DNA of 64,000 nucleotides from an uncultured Bacilli bacterium. GTDB taxonomy: Bacteria; Bacillota_I; Bacilli_A; RF39; UBA660. The DNA is taken from the NCBI GenBank assembly GCA_947626095.1, contig CANQQV010000007.1, positions 1 to 64,000 on the forward strand, given 5' to 3'. This document shows, piece by piece, positions 19,531 to 29,232 of the stretch (the first letter of the stretch is position 1; the number at the start of each line of letters is the position of its first letter). The position numbers were made by a program, and so were the translations under genes. The notes under the pieces are model-generated. The model saw only the letters and a list, made by a program, of their open reading frames with translations, had not been told where the DNA came from and searched no databases.

Positions 19531-20307
19531 TTATTTTTTTGTAATTTTTGTAATAATTAAAACAAATATAAAGAACAATCCTAAAGCTCCAATAGCTATT
19601 AAAATAGGATTCTGATTAGCTATTTTACTAACCTCAGATTCGTTCTTCTTATCCTTCTTAGTAACAGTTATTCCACCACTTTCACTACCCGATGGATTAC
19701 TAGGATTACTAGGTTCAGTACTTTCTCCCTTACTTATATCATAAAGAATATAAATACTCTTCTTACTACTAGGAGTAAATACCCAAGTATATACATTATC
19801 CTTAACTGAATCAGCATTATTCTCTTTAACTGGATATTCTGACTTAATATTAATCTTTACTTCCGTCAAATTAGGATGATCTTTAAACAATAAAATTCCT
19901 GCATTATCAGTTGATAAAGATATTGTCTTTTCATTAGTATCTTTAATAATTGATGGTGAAGAAAATGCCTTCTTTACACTACTAGCTTTATTATAATTAC
20001 CTAAACCATAATTATATTTATAATATAAAATATATCCGTTACTTAACTCCGTACTAGATTTTTCATAATATTCTATTCCTGGTTCTTTTTGATCAGGCAT
20101 CGTATCAACTATTTCTACATCAGCACATGCTGGCATAAAATTTCTAAAAGCCAATCCCATTTGTTCTTTATTATAATAATTATCTTGCAAAGCTGTAATA
20201 GATACATTTTCTTCTATACTATCTTCTTTAACTACTATATTAACATTAGCACTACATCCACACAGTAAAACCATCAAACAACTTAATATAACTAACTTAA
20301 TTTTCAT
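19531..20307 (-). CDS. Lipoprotein with a C-terminal TM anchor (LppM-like), T4SS-associated
   Basis: Lipobox LLCGC, NADSV..NVYTW, Ser/Pro linker, C-terminal TM helix. ATGA overlap with the upstream hydrolase gene. Confidence 0.7.
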   Translation of the reverse strand: MKIKLVILSCLMVLLCGCSANVNIVVKEDSIEENVSITALQDNYYNKEQMGLAFRNFMPACADVEIVDTMPDQKEPGIEYYEKSSTELSNGYILYYKYNYGLGNYNKASSVKKAFSSPSIIKDTNEKTISLSTDNAGILLFKDHPNLTEVKINIKSEYPVKENNADSVKDNVYTWVFTPSSKKSIYILYDISKGESTEPSNPSNPSGSESGGITVTKKDKKNESEVSKIANQNPILIAIGALGLFFIFVLIITKITKK

Positions 20308-22769
20308 GTTCCTTCACTCCTTTGATGAGTACTATACCATCCATCCATTTTAATACCCCAATATCCTGAACTATTAAATGGTCTTCTTGTAAATAATACT
20401 CCAGCCGCATTACCACTAGCTTCAGCACAAATATAATTACCAGTTGATTCTTCAATACCAACTACTAATACAATATGCCCACTCGATTCTAATAAATCTC
20501 CTGGTTCCAAAATCGCACTATTTGTTAAAGAAACTTTTTGTACACCTGACATATTTTGGAATCCACCAGCTAACATTTGTGCAATATTAAAGCCACCATT
20601 CTTAATCGCCCATGGTACAAAACCAGAACAATCTAAACCACAATAATTATAAGATTGATTATTAGCATAAGTATGACATTGCGTACTACCCCAATAACCT
20701 AAAGCACCAATTACAACACCATCAGCGTGTCCACCACCCCAATAATAAGGCACTTTAACATTATAATTATTACCTAATTCTGCAATTAACGTAACTGCCG
20801 CTGCAACTACTCCAGCTCTAGTTCCAAATCCAGCTTTTTCAACATTCTTTTCTATTAAACCATTAAAAGCTTCCAAACTAGTACCTTGCTTTTCTAAGAA
20901 TGAATCTAATGGTTCATGTAAAATAGTATGACCATCCGAAGATAATACATAATCCCCATAATCAATAATTCCACTTGAACAAGTAGCACCAGATATTGAA
21001 CCACCACCATAATGAATACTTAATATTTCATCATAAGTATGTCCTTCAGCTTCTAATCTACTCCATTCTTGTTGATCAGTATTAATATAATCTGTATGTA
21101 CTACATTTCCACTATCATCGACTAATACTTTTCCTTTAACTTCTTCAGCAACAGCCAAAACTTCCTCTTTAGTTGCTTCATCCAAAGCCCTTTTCCAAAT
21201 AGTTCCACTATTTATTTCTGGTGAATAAAGTGAAATAGCCCCTCTATCATAACGATAAATATCTTTATCATAATCCCAATAAACTTGATCAGCTTCACAA
21301 GCACGCATCCTTATTTTACCAGTATTTTGATTATAACCATAAAAACAATCATCAGGATTACTTGGACACATTGAAGAATTTCTTGTTAAAGCAAAATTCC
21401 TTGCTGCTACTATCTCTGTTTTAAAATACTCAGGTTTATCCCTAGAATAACCTACTTCAGCTAAAGCAACACCAACAACATATTTTTCAAAATCAACAGT
21501 TTCTAAAACAGTATAATTACTTGCTTTAGCATCACAATTAACTAACTCGACTTGTATTCCCTCTAAATTAACTGTTCCAGTTGTTAAAACACCATTTAAA
21601 GAATAATTACATTTACCATTACTTTTACCATTACCATCTAATTCATCAGATAAAGTAGTAATTATTAATATTAAAAAGAATAAAATTACAATAGCTAAAA
21701 TAATTGCAACATGTGGATGAGTCTTTAAAAAATTAATTATCGCTTTTTTCGCAGTACCTAACGCCTTATTAAAAGCATTATTACCAGACTTTCCACTACG
21801 TCCATTACTATTATCCGAAACATCTCCCTCTGTTCCAGCTTTACCACTCAATAAATTCTTTAAACCACTTTTAAGTCTAGCTCCAATAGAAGGAGTAACT
21901 TCTTCATTAATGCTACCACTAGAACTCTTTGCATTACTTTGATTATTACTATTTTCTCCTTCACGTACTCTTCTTGAATGTTCTAAATTTTGACGAAATC
22001 TATCTGGCTTTTCTCCCTCCTGCGCCTCTGGCTTTCTTCGTAGATTTCGATAATTATTAGCCGTTTGGCCATTATTTTGACTATTATTTTGTTCATCTAC
22101 TTTATCTTTATCTAGCTTATTAGGTGCTTCAGGATTCTTCTCACTATCACCAGGTTTTACATCTTTATTATCACCATTTTTATCATCTTTATTTTGTTCA
22201 TCTTTTTCAGGCTTATTACCGCCATTTTTATCATCTTTACTATCTTGATCTTCTAAATCATTTTTTCTTGGTAATCCACCACTACCATTTCCCTCAGTAT
22301 TTTCAGGTACACTCGGATTATTTCCCTGATAACCACTATTTCTTCGAATAGGTTGATCACTAGAATTATCAACCGGTCTCGGTTCACTTGGTGGCATAGA
22401 ACTACCATAATCCTTACCAACATCAGGGGCACCTTCTCGTGGATTTGCCTTTTTAACTGGTGTTGTTGGACGTTCTTCCTTACCACCTGAATCTTTATTC
22501 AATCCCATATCTTTTTTTGGTAAACTAGAAGCTTTTTGGACATTATTAGCACCAGTATCATTCATCATTGCATTAGGATTATATCCCTTAGCCATTGCTT
22601 TATCTAAATCTTTACTTGCATCAGCAAGATCACTACTAGCTTTTTTTAAATTTTGTGCATGTTCTAAATTATCTCTATTTAAATCTTTTAAACTAGCTTC
22701 AACAGCACTATCCTTATCAGGCTCTAAATCAATCTTTACTTTAAATTCATTATCAGAATCTTGTGCCAT
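20304..22769 (-). CDS. Cell-wall hydrolase (VirB1-like): disordered N-terminus, TM helix, SpoIID/LytB-like domain, NlpC/P60 domain
   Basis: FEKYVVGVALAE...VAARNFAL...DQVY...YDEILSIHY (SpoIID-like), then PYYWGG...GLDCSGFV...PGDLL..GHIVLV (NlpC/P60 Cys-His). Confidence 0.8.
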   Translation of the reverse strand: MAQDSDNEFKVKIDLEPDKDSAVEASLKDLNRDNLEHAQNLKKASSDLADASKDLDKAMAKGYNPNAMMNDTGANNVQKASSLPKKDMGLNKDSGGKEERPTTPVKKANPREGAPDVGKDYGSSMPPSEPRPVDNSSDQPIRRNSGYQGNNPSVPENTEGNGSGGLPRKNDLEDQDSKDDKNGGNKPEKDEQNKDDKNGDNKDVKPGDSEKNPEAPNKLDKDKVDEQNNSQNNGQTANNYRNLRRKPEAQEGEKPDRFRQNLEHSRRVREGENSNNQSNAKSSSGSINEEVTPSIGARLKSGLKNLLSGKAGTEGDVSDNSNGRSGKSGNNAFNKALGTAKKAIINFLKTHPHVAIILAIVILFFLILIITTLSDELDGNGKSNGKCNYSLNGVLTTGTVNLEGIQVELVNCDAKASNYTVLETVDFEKYVVGVALAEVGYSRDKPEYFKTEIVAARNFALTRNSSMCPSNPDDCFYGYNQNTGKIRMRACEADQVYWDYDKDIYRYDRGAISLYSPEINSGTIWKRALDEATKEEVLAVAEEVKGKVLVDDSGNVVHTDYINTDQQEWSRLEAEGHTYDEILSIHYGGGSISGATCSSGIIDYGDYVLSSDGHTILHEPLDSFLEKQGTSLEAFNGLIEKNVEKAGFGTRAGVVAAAVTLIAELGNNYNVKVPYYWGGGHADGVVIGALGYWGSTQCHTYANNQSYNYCGLDCSGFVPWAIKNGGFNIAQMLAGGFQNMSGVQKVSLTNSAILEPGDLLESSGHIVLVVGIEESTGNYICAEASGNAAGVLFTRRPFNSSGYWGIKMDGWYSTHQRSEGT

Positions 22770-22842
22770 AATTACCACTTCCACACTAAATAAAGTATAT
22801 CATAAAAGCCCAAAAGAAAAAAGCCGATAAACGGCTTATTTA

Positions 22843-24627
22843 CTATAATCCACCACCTGCACCAAAAGAATCTAATTCCTCTTGTGTACATAGGACTCTA
22901 ACTCTCATACGTCGACTACCACAAATGAATAAAGCTTCACCTTGGTTATAATATTTAATACTATCCATTTCACTTTCATTTAAGTCAATTAATAAACCTA
23001 AATCTTCAACCGCTTGTTTCTTTAAGTTCATTACTAAATAATACGAAGCATTATCAAATATTGCTTTACCATGAACAATTAAGTTTGGTGCCGCAAAATC
23101 AGTAGGTTGTTGTGTAATCAAAATAGTACCAGTATTATACTTACGAGCACGTCTTTGCATTTGGGCTAAGAACTCAGCACCTAATTCATTTCTCGTTGAT
23201 AATAAAACGTGAGCTTCATCAACACATAAAACAGTTGTTGTTTCTTTATCAAGACATAATCCCCAAGCATACTTCAAAATATTAAAGAACAATGCATTTC
23301 TAATATTTTCATCACTATTCATTAATTCTTTAATATTAAAAACAATTATATCACTATTGATATTTAAAGTTGTATGACCACAGAAATAATATCTTAATTC
23401 CTTCGTTAATGGACGAACTTTTAATTCAAGTCTTTCCATAACATCTCTTTCACGTGTCTTATCAGGCATTGAAAGTAAACGACCTTTAATTGTTGCATAA
23501 ACATCATCAAATGTTGGAAAATCTTCTGATTTCAACGTTGCAAAATTAGTATCAAAGTCTATTTTATAACGTTTATATGTATCTTGAACTACTTCACTAA
23601 ACATTGTTAAAACATCTTCTTCAATACTTGGTGAATAATACTTCATAAACGCTTTTAATGATTGTAAAGCTCTAGTTAAAACAGTATAACCTAAACCCTG
23701 GTCTAACTCATCTTGATCAGCATCTGGTACAACTTCAAGTGGATTTATCATACCATAATCTCCACCTTTACCTAAATCAAGGTAACTACCATTTACATTA
23801 CGACACATTTCTTCAAGTTCACCCTCAGGGTCAACACAAATTACTTTATATCCGTTTCTAATATGACTTCTAATTAATAACTTAGCCGCAGTTGATTTAC
23901 CACTACCAGAAGTACCTAAAATAATCATATTAGCATTATTTCTATTATGTTCTTTTTTTATTTTAAATAAGAATTGATTAAATAAGATAACACCACCAGA
24001 AAAATCAACACCCATTAAAGTTGAATCTCCTGGATCCTTAATACTATCAAAAACAAAAGGATACATTGCAGCTATTGTAATAGAAGGTATTGGTGTTCCA
24101 ATTCTATTTTCAATATCTTGTTTAGGGAATATTGGAATAATTGACTTAAGAACCTTCTCTTGTTCAAACATAAGAGGAATAGCCTTCATACCTAAAGCAT
24201 CAACATAACTACGTACTTGCATTTTCTTCATTTCAAGTTCTTCTTCACTATCAGCTGTAATCATAATATGTAATTGAAAATCAAAAATTCTTGCTTGTGT
24301 TGCTGCTAGCATTGAAATAAATCCTTCTAATGACTCATAATCTTGTCTAATTCTCTCTTGAATAGTTTGATCTCTCTCAGATTGATAACGCATCTTCAAA
24401 TCAGCTATCTCTTTATTAAGCATACTTTGTAAAGTTGAGAATTCAATTGGAATATGTTTAGCTACCAACTTAACTCCAGATATATAAGTTAAATCAGATA
24501 AATATCCAGGATTAATAAACTTAGGATAACTAATAACAGTCATTATTGTCGCATTCTTACCACTTATGATAAATTCCATTGGTTTAAATTGTAGCCCTTT
24601 AGGAGCTACTTCACTTTTTATATTCAT
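22843..24627 (-). CDS. virB4: VirB4/TraE-like type IV secretion ATPase
   Basis: NANMIILGTSGSGKS, VDPEGE, INPLE, LCVDEAH, RRARKY, ITQQ and GEALF motifs. Confidence 0.92.
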   Translation of the reverse strand: MNIKSEVAPKGLQFKPMEFIISGKNATIMTVISYPKFINPGYLSDLTYISGVKLVAKHIPIEFSTLQSMLNKEIADLKMRYQSERDQTIQERIRQDYESLEGFISMLAATQARIFDFQLHIMITADSEEELEMKKMQVRSYVDALGMKAIPLMFEQEKVLKSIIPIFPKQDIENRIGTPIPSITIAAMYPFVFDSIKDPGDSTLMGVDFSGGVILFNQFLFKIKKEHNRNNANMIILGTSGSGKSTAAKLLIRSHIRNGYKVICVDPEGELEEMCRNVNGSYLDLGKGGDYGMINPLEVVPDADQDELDQGLGYTVLTRALQSLKAFMKYYSPSIEEDVLTMFSEVVQDTYKRYKIDFDTNFATLKSEDFPTFDDVYATIKGRLLSMPDKTRERDVMERLELKVRPLTKELRYYFCGHTTLNINSDIIVFNIKELMNSDENIRNALFFNILKYAWGLCLDKETTTVLCVDEAHVLLSTRNELGAEFLAQMQRRARKYNTGTILITQQPTDFAAPNLIVHGKAIFDNASYYLVMNLKKQAVEDLGLLIDLNESEMDSIKYYNQGEALFICGSRRMRVRVLCTQEELDSFGAGGGL

Positions 24628-25208
24628 TGTGTTCTCACCGTCCCAAAAGTCGTTGTCATACCACCATTTAAGAAATTATCTAAGATCATTCTTAAATCGG
24701 CATTTGAAACTTGAGTTGAATTAATGGAAGCATTAGCAAGTCCCGCAATTAAATTACGAATACGTTTTTGAATAATTTCCATCCTTTTTTCTTTAAATAA
24801 TATAAAATACTCAGTATCTACAACATTATATTCCGCCCCCATAAAGGCATTAGCTTTATTAATATCTTGGATAATAAGTTTTCTAATAGTTCCATCCCCA
24901 CATTTTTGATATAAAAGTTGTAACTGTGATAAATACAAATTAATATCAACTGGACGATCTGCTACTACTAACCAAAACTCATAATCAATCATATTATAAA
25001 AGTTTTGTAAATTGAAGATAACGTTTTCTCTTTCACCAGCATCCAAAATAAAGATATTTTTAGGTGCTACTTTAATTCCAGTAACATAATAACCATTATC
25101 TAACTGAATCATTCCATTCATTATATTCTTAATAGGAACCCAGTCTTCAGAATATTTACTAGAACCATCACTACTTGAATTGCTGTTTACTTGTTCTATC
25201 ATCGCCAT
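24624..25208 (-). CDS. VirB4-associated protein (stand-alone VirB4/TraC N-terminal-like domain)
   Basis: PIKNIMNGMI.L.NG....IKV.P.NIF......E..I.....FYN.ID...W......R.VDI..YL pattern. Sits between prgI and virB4, ATGA overlap with virB4. Confidence 0.65.
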   Translation of the reverse strand: MAMIEQVNSNSSSDGSSKYSEDWVPIKNIMNGMIQLDNGYYVTGIKVAPKNIFILDAGERENVIFNLQNFYNMIDYEFWLVVADRPVDINLYLSQLQLLYQKCGDGTIRKLIIQDINKANAFMGAEYNVVDTEYFILFKEKRMEIIQKRIRNLIAGLANASINSTQVSNADLRMILDNFLNGGMTTTFGTVRTQ

Positions 25209-25509
25209 ACCTTGCACACCAACCTCTCCAATAATATTTTTTTCTTCCAGTATAAAATCTATATATATTACCCAATAATGTCATAACATTATGATAATTA
25301 GGTACCGGAGCAACCAAAAAGGATGCAAATAAGGCAGGTGCTAATAATGCAAACATAACACCTGTACTATTAGATTCTATTAATAATAGTAATAAAACTG
25401 TTATTCCAACTCCTGTTAAAAAGATTGCCAAATCAACAGGAGTGAAAAAACTAAGTATTAATTGTGACTTTTTTGAGTTAGCTGGAATCAAGAAATTATT
25501 TCCATTCAT
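25171..25509 (-). CDS. PrgI/VirB3-like membrane protein
   Basis: FLIPAN...ILSFF...DL, two TM helices, then a basic/aromatic RKKYYW tail. Position upstream of virB4. Confidence 0.65.
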   Translation of the reverse strand: MNGNNFLIPANSKKSQLILSFFTPVDLAIFLTGVGITVLLLLLIESNSTGVMFALLAPALFASFLVAPVPNYHNVMTLLGNIYRFYTGRKKYYWRGWCARYGDDRTSKQQFK

Positions 25510-25530
25510 ATATCACACATTCCCTTCATT

Positions 25531-28359
25531 CTATGATTTTTTACTTTCCTTTTGCGCTCTTTCACGACTCTTAGCATTACGATATGTATCAGAATCTCTG
25601 AAATTCTGTTCAGCAGTTTCTGCAGTAGTTTTCATCTTAGAAGCTCTAGATTCTGCTTTTTGTCCAGGAACAGTAGATCTCGAACTATCAACCTCAGTAC
25701 CACTACTTGCTACATAGCTTCGGAAATCCTCTGCTGAAATATTAGAACGTTCGACTGTAGCTCCATTTTTAACAGTATATTTAACATCATCACCACTTGC
25801 ATCAACCTCTACTGTACGACCGTTCTTTAATTCCAAAGTAAATCTTCCTACGCCTTTGTTCATTGTTGTAAAGTCTACAACACCACTAATAGCATTTGCT
25901 CCAAAGTTTTCAGTTATATAATCACCAAGTGATTGTTGACCATTAAATAATACATCACGATAAGTATCTAAATCTTGTTGATGAGTTTCAAAGAACGCTT
26001 TTAAAGCTCTTGAAGTATCATTATCTATTCCAGATGAAGCTTCAACCAATTTTCTTGCAACAGCTTCCTTCTTAGCCGCTTTAAGATCATCATCAGCTTT
26101 TTTACGATCTGCTAATAATTCTTCTTGGGCTTTTGCATATTCAGCTGATCTAACATCTACAGAATAATCAGTACGTTTAAATGTTGATTGACCTAAATCT
26201 TTCATTTTACTAGAAATTAATGTTTCTCTTCTTCTTGCATAATCAGCATCACTTTCACCAGCTAATCTAGCTAAAGCACCAGCAGCTGTAAGATCATTAG
26301 TAGCCTTTTCACGTAAAGCATTAGAATAAGCATAATCTGCTATATCTGTTCTTGCTAAGTCATCTATACGACGTTGTGCCTTATTAACATATTCATCTTT
26401 ACCAACAATAGTATTTTCAAGTTGTGATTTAAGACCTGCCAAATCTTGGAAAAGCTTAACTTGTTTATCCATTTTAGACGTATCAATTGTACCAGTCGCC
26501 CAAACTGTAGCTTTCTTATAAGCATTGTTTACAGCTGTACCAAGAGCTGTAGAAGAATCCATTCTAACACGAGCATCAGTTAAAGCATTAGCAGCTGCTT
26601 CTAATGCCGCATCAGCTGCAACTTTTTGTGCTTGCGTAGCAGAAGGATCATGTGCTAATCTATTAACTTCTTCTTGTGCAGCTTCATAAGCAGCTCTCGC
26701 TCTATTATAAGCCGTTACATCAGAAGCATGTTGTTCTTTACGTTCATCTCTATCTACACCACGTTGGAAAGCTGCTTCATTAGCTGTACCTGCAACTCTT
26801 GTAGCTTCAGCATGGGTATTTGCCATCTTATGACCTTCACCAGGTCCAAATTGTTGCCAAGAACTACGTGCCATTGCTGAAGCACCTCCAGCAAACGCAG
26901 AACCCAATCTTTTAAATGCTCCTTGACCTTTATCTTTACCTTTATTCCAGTTTTGAACAGCAGTTTGTAAACCAGATCTTGCAACTGCTTCAGCTGCAAA
27001 TCCTCCACCTTTTGCAAATTTCTCACCAATACCAAGTTTCATATCACCTTTCTTTATTCCTAAAGAACTAGTAATAAAATCTGGTGCACTTCTTGCAAAA
27101 GCAACTAAACCTAAAATAAGTAAAGCTAAAGCTAACATCGTTTCAATTCCTGATAAATTTTGATTGCCCCATAAAGCATCAACTGACGAGAACATCTCCG
27201 TTAAATGACAAATTATATAAACGACAATATAAACTACTGAAATTCTAACAAAAACCTCCATAAAAGTCGAAACAACCGATTTTAAATACTGACTAAAATT
27301 TGATTTAAATGAAGGTAATACCTGCATAATGAGCGGCACTGGCGCAATAATCTGATAATAAGCTAACTTAGCTGCTCTAATACCCATATCAATACTAAAT
27401 GATATAAAAGCATATAAAGTAAAAGCACCAGCTATAGTTGATAAACCAAATAAATAAGTTATATCCCCATCATCAACATAGTTATCGAGGAATACTGTAA
27501 ATACCCCAAATGATCCCCCACCAGCAGCATACGCATAAGCTTCAGATAAAGTTATCGAATCACCATTAGTAATATTACTAACTTTTGAGGCAGTCATACC
27601 ATCTACAACACTTGTAATACATGAATAAATAGCGGCTGCACCTAATAAAACACTAGCAATTTGTCCAATAACTGGTACACCATTAACAGCAACAGCCCCA
27701 GCTGCTAAACCAGCACAAGCACCTAAATAAGCCGCACTACTTAAGAAATAATCCTTAGGATCAGCCTCTATTTCATCAGCCGTCTTACCACTATCCTCAG
27801 ATGGAAAGAAAAATGCTTGCCATAAACTAACCGCAGTAACACCGCCACCTATATGTTTAATTTGTTCATCAACATTAACATTTTGTTCAATCGGAATCGA
27901 TGAATCACCAACATCAACACTCGACTGTCCCATGTTAATTTCCAAATCACTATTACCTCTAAAAAAGATTTTCGCTAAAACATCATGTTCCAAGAATAAA
28001 CTTTGTCCTTGATACATAACATTAAAAATAACAGGAGCTAAAGCTAACCCAACAACAGCTATAACAATTCTCTTAACTATTTGAGGACCAAGCTCATTTT
28101 TCATTGATTGATCAGGATCAATAATCGCTCTTAATATGGCATAAGCCAAAACAAAAAGCATTACAACCCCAACAATGGCATAAACCTTATTAGCTATATC
28201 AGTATAAGCATCAGAAGATAATAATCTTGCTCCAGAAATAGCCATAAATATCCTAAAAACAGGAGCTATATTACCATAAATAACCATTGAATCTAAAAGT
28301 AAAATAATACCTACAAATCCACTAGTAAGAACAGATGTTAATTTAAATAAAACATGCAT
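25531..28359 (-). CDS. VirB6/TrbL-like polytopic T4SS channel protein with a long cytoplasmic helical C-terminus
   Basis: Multiple TM helices, R..KLAYYQIIAPVP, F..Y.K.V.STF.EVFVR and FA..AP..I...LG pattern, then Gly/Ala-rich and coiled-coil segments. Confidence 0.7.
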   Translation of the reverse strand: MHVLFKLTSVLTSGFVGIILLLDSMVIYGNIAPVFRIFMAISGARLLSSDAYTDIANKVYAIVGVVMLFVLAYAILRAIIDPDQSMKNELGPQIVKRIVIAVVGLALAPVIFNVMYQGQSLFLEHDVLAKIFFRGNSDLEINMGQSSVDVGDSSIPIEQNVNVDEQIKHIGGGVTAVSLWQAFFFPSEDSGKTADEIEADPKDYFLSSAAYLGACAGLAAGAVAVNGVPVIGQIASVLLGAAAIYSCITSVVDGMTASKVSNITNGDSITLSEAYAYAAGGGSFGVFTVFLDNYVDDGDITYLFGLSTIAGAFTLYAFISFSIDMGIRAAKLAYYQIIAPVPLIMQVLPSFKSNFSQYLKSVVSTFMEVFVRISVVYIVVYIICHLTEMFSSVDALWGNQNLSGIETMLALALLILGLVAFARSAPDFITSSLGIKKGDMKLGIGEKFAKGGGFAAEAVARSGLQTAVQNWNKGKDKGQGAFKRLGSAFAGGASAMARSSWQQFGPGEGHKMANTHAEATRVAGTANEAAFQRGVDRDERKEQHASDVTAYNRARAAYEAAQEEVNRLAHDPSATQAQKVAADAALEAAANALTDARVRMDSSTALGTAVNNAYKKATVWATGTIDTSKMDKQVKLFQDLAGLKSQLENTIVGKDEYVNKAQRRIDDLARTDIADYAYSNALREKATNDLTAAGALARLAGESDADYARRRETLISSKMKDLGQSTFKRTDYSVDVRSAEYAKAQEELLADRKKADDDLKAAKKEAVARKLVEASSGIDNDTSRALKAFFETHQQDLDTYRDVLFNGQQSLGDYITENFGANAISGVVDFTTMNKGVGRFTLELKNGRTVEVDASGDDVKYTVKNGATVERSNISAEDFRSYVASSGTEVDSSRSTVPGQKAESRASKMKTTAETAEQNFRDSDTYRNAKSRERAQKESKKS

Positions 28360-28370
28360 TAAAATCACCT

Positions 28371-28760
28371 CTAACTAATACCACACGTACCATACCAACC
28401 TAATAGACCAAACAAGAAGTTTATTAAATCAGGAATAAAGAAAAGGATTATCGCATAAACAATTCTCTTACCTGTCATCTTAGCCGCTTTAGCTAAAGCT
28501 TCTTTATCTTGACTAGCCGTTGCCTTTACAAAATCAGCAATAGACATTGCTAAACACAATAATGGTGCAGCATATTTAAACACATTAAACATTTGTTGCA
28601 AAAAATCAATTACTTCTTTATCAAAAACGCCACCACAATCATCACTATCAGCCAAACTATAAGTAACTTCATAAGAATTATCTAGTGCTTTTACCTCACT
28701 AGTAACTAAAAATAATCCCCCAATTAATACTAAAATAATCAAAAATAATTTTCTATGCAT
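28371..28760 (-). CDS. VirB2/TrbC-like T4SS pilin with a signal peptide
   Basis: Signal peptide, Cys, then two hydrophobic helices joined by DFVKA.ASQDKEALAKA.K...KR, FFIP.L and a C-terminal C. Confidence 0.7.
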   Translation of the reverse strand: MHRKLFLIILVLIGGLFLVTSEVKALDNSYEVTYSLADSDDCGGVFDKEVIDFLQQMFNVFKYAAPLLCLAMSIADFVKATASQDKEALAKAAKMTGKRIVYAIILFFIPDLINFLFGLLGWYGTCGIS

Positions 28761-28845
28761 AGAAAACACCTCATATCATAGAAATTATACCATAAAAAAA
28801 ATGATATTAAAACAAATATCACTTTATTTATACTATTTTTGTTAA

Positions 28846-29166
28846 TTAGCAATTTCCTGAATTCTTAACACAACTAGCACATACATCATAGTCGCCACCT
28901 GCTGAATCTACTAAACTAAATACTAGTCCAACTAATGTTGGTACAAACCAAATAGCGATACCAGCAACAGCTCTCATAGCTAATTGTTTCATTGCTTTTT
29001 TAATTTCATCATCTTTAGAAGCAACAACTGCTTTACCTAAATCTATACAACCAAATATTATAATTAATAGTGGAATAACAATTTTAAATACTCCTAATAT
29101 TTTTCCTACAACAACCCAAATATCTTTTGTTTGAGCACAAAAATTAACAGCTGCTAATATATCCAT
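28846..29166 (-). CDS. VirB2/TrbC-like T4SS pilin (likely the major subunit)
   Basis: KIVIPLLIIIFG.IDLGKAVVASKDDEIKKAMK....R.VAG..IWFVP, a paralog of the neighbouring gene. SD AAGGAG before ATG 29166. Confidence 0.72.
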   Translation of the reverse strand: MDILAAVNFCAQTKDIWVVVGKILGVFKIVIPLLIIIFGCIDLGKAVVASKDDEIKKAMKQLAMRAVAGIAIWFVPTLVGLVFSLVDSAGGDYDVCASCVKNSGNC

Positions 29167-29194
29167 ATAAAACATCTCCTTCATTTCTAATATA

Positions 29195-29223
29195 ATTGTA
29201 TTTAAATTTACAAAATATGTCAA
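29195..29223 (-). promoter_or_regulatory. Near-consensus sigma-A promoter of the T4SS pilin
   Basis: TTGACA (29218-29223), 17 nt spacer, TACAAT (29195-29200). Confidence 0.75.
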
Positions 29224-29232
29224 GTTTTTCTT

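Noticed and set aside
16723-29223. T4SS block as a classical ICE or integrated conjugative plasmid
   Set aside because: No relaxase, integrase, excisionase, Rep, regulator or flanking direct repeats were seen. It is not adjacent to the tRNAs and is continuous with the Tad genes. A trans-acting relaxase outside the window cannot be excluded.
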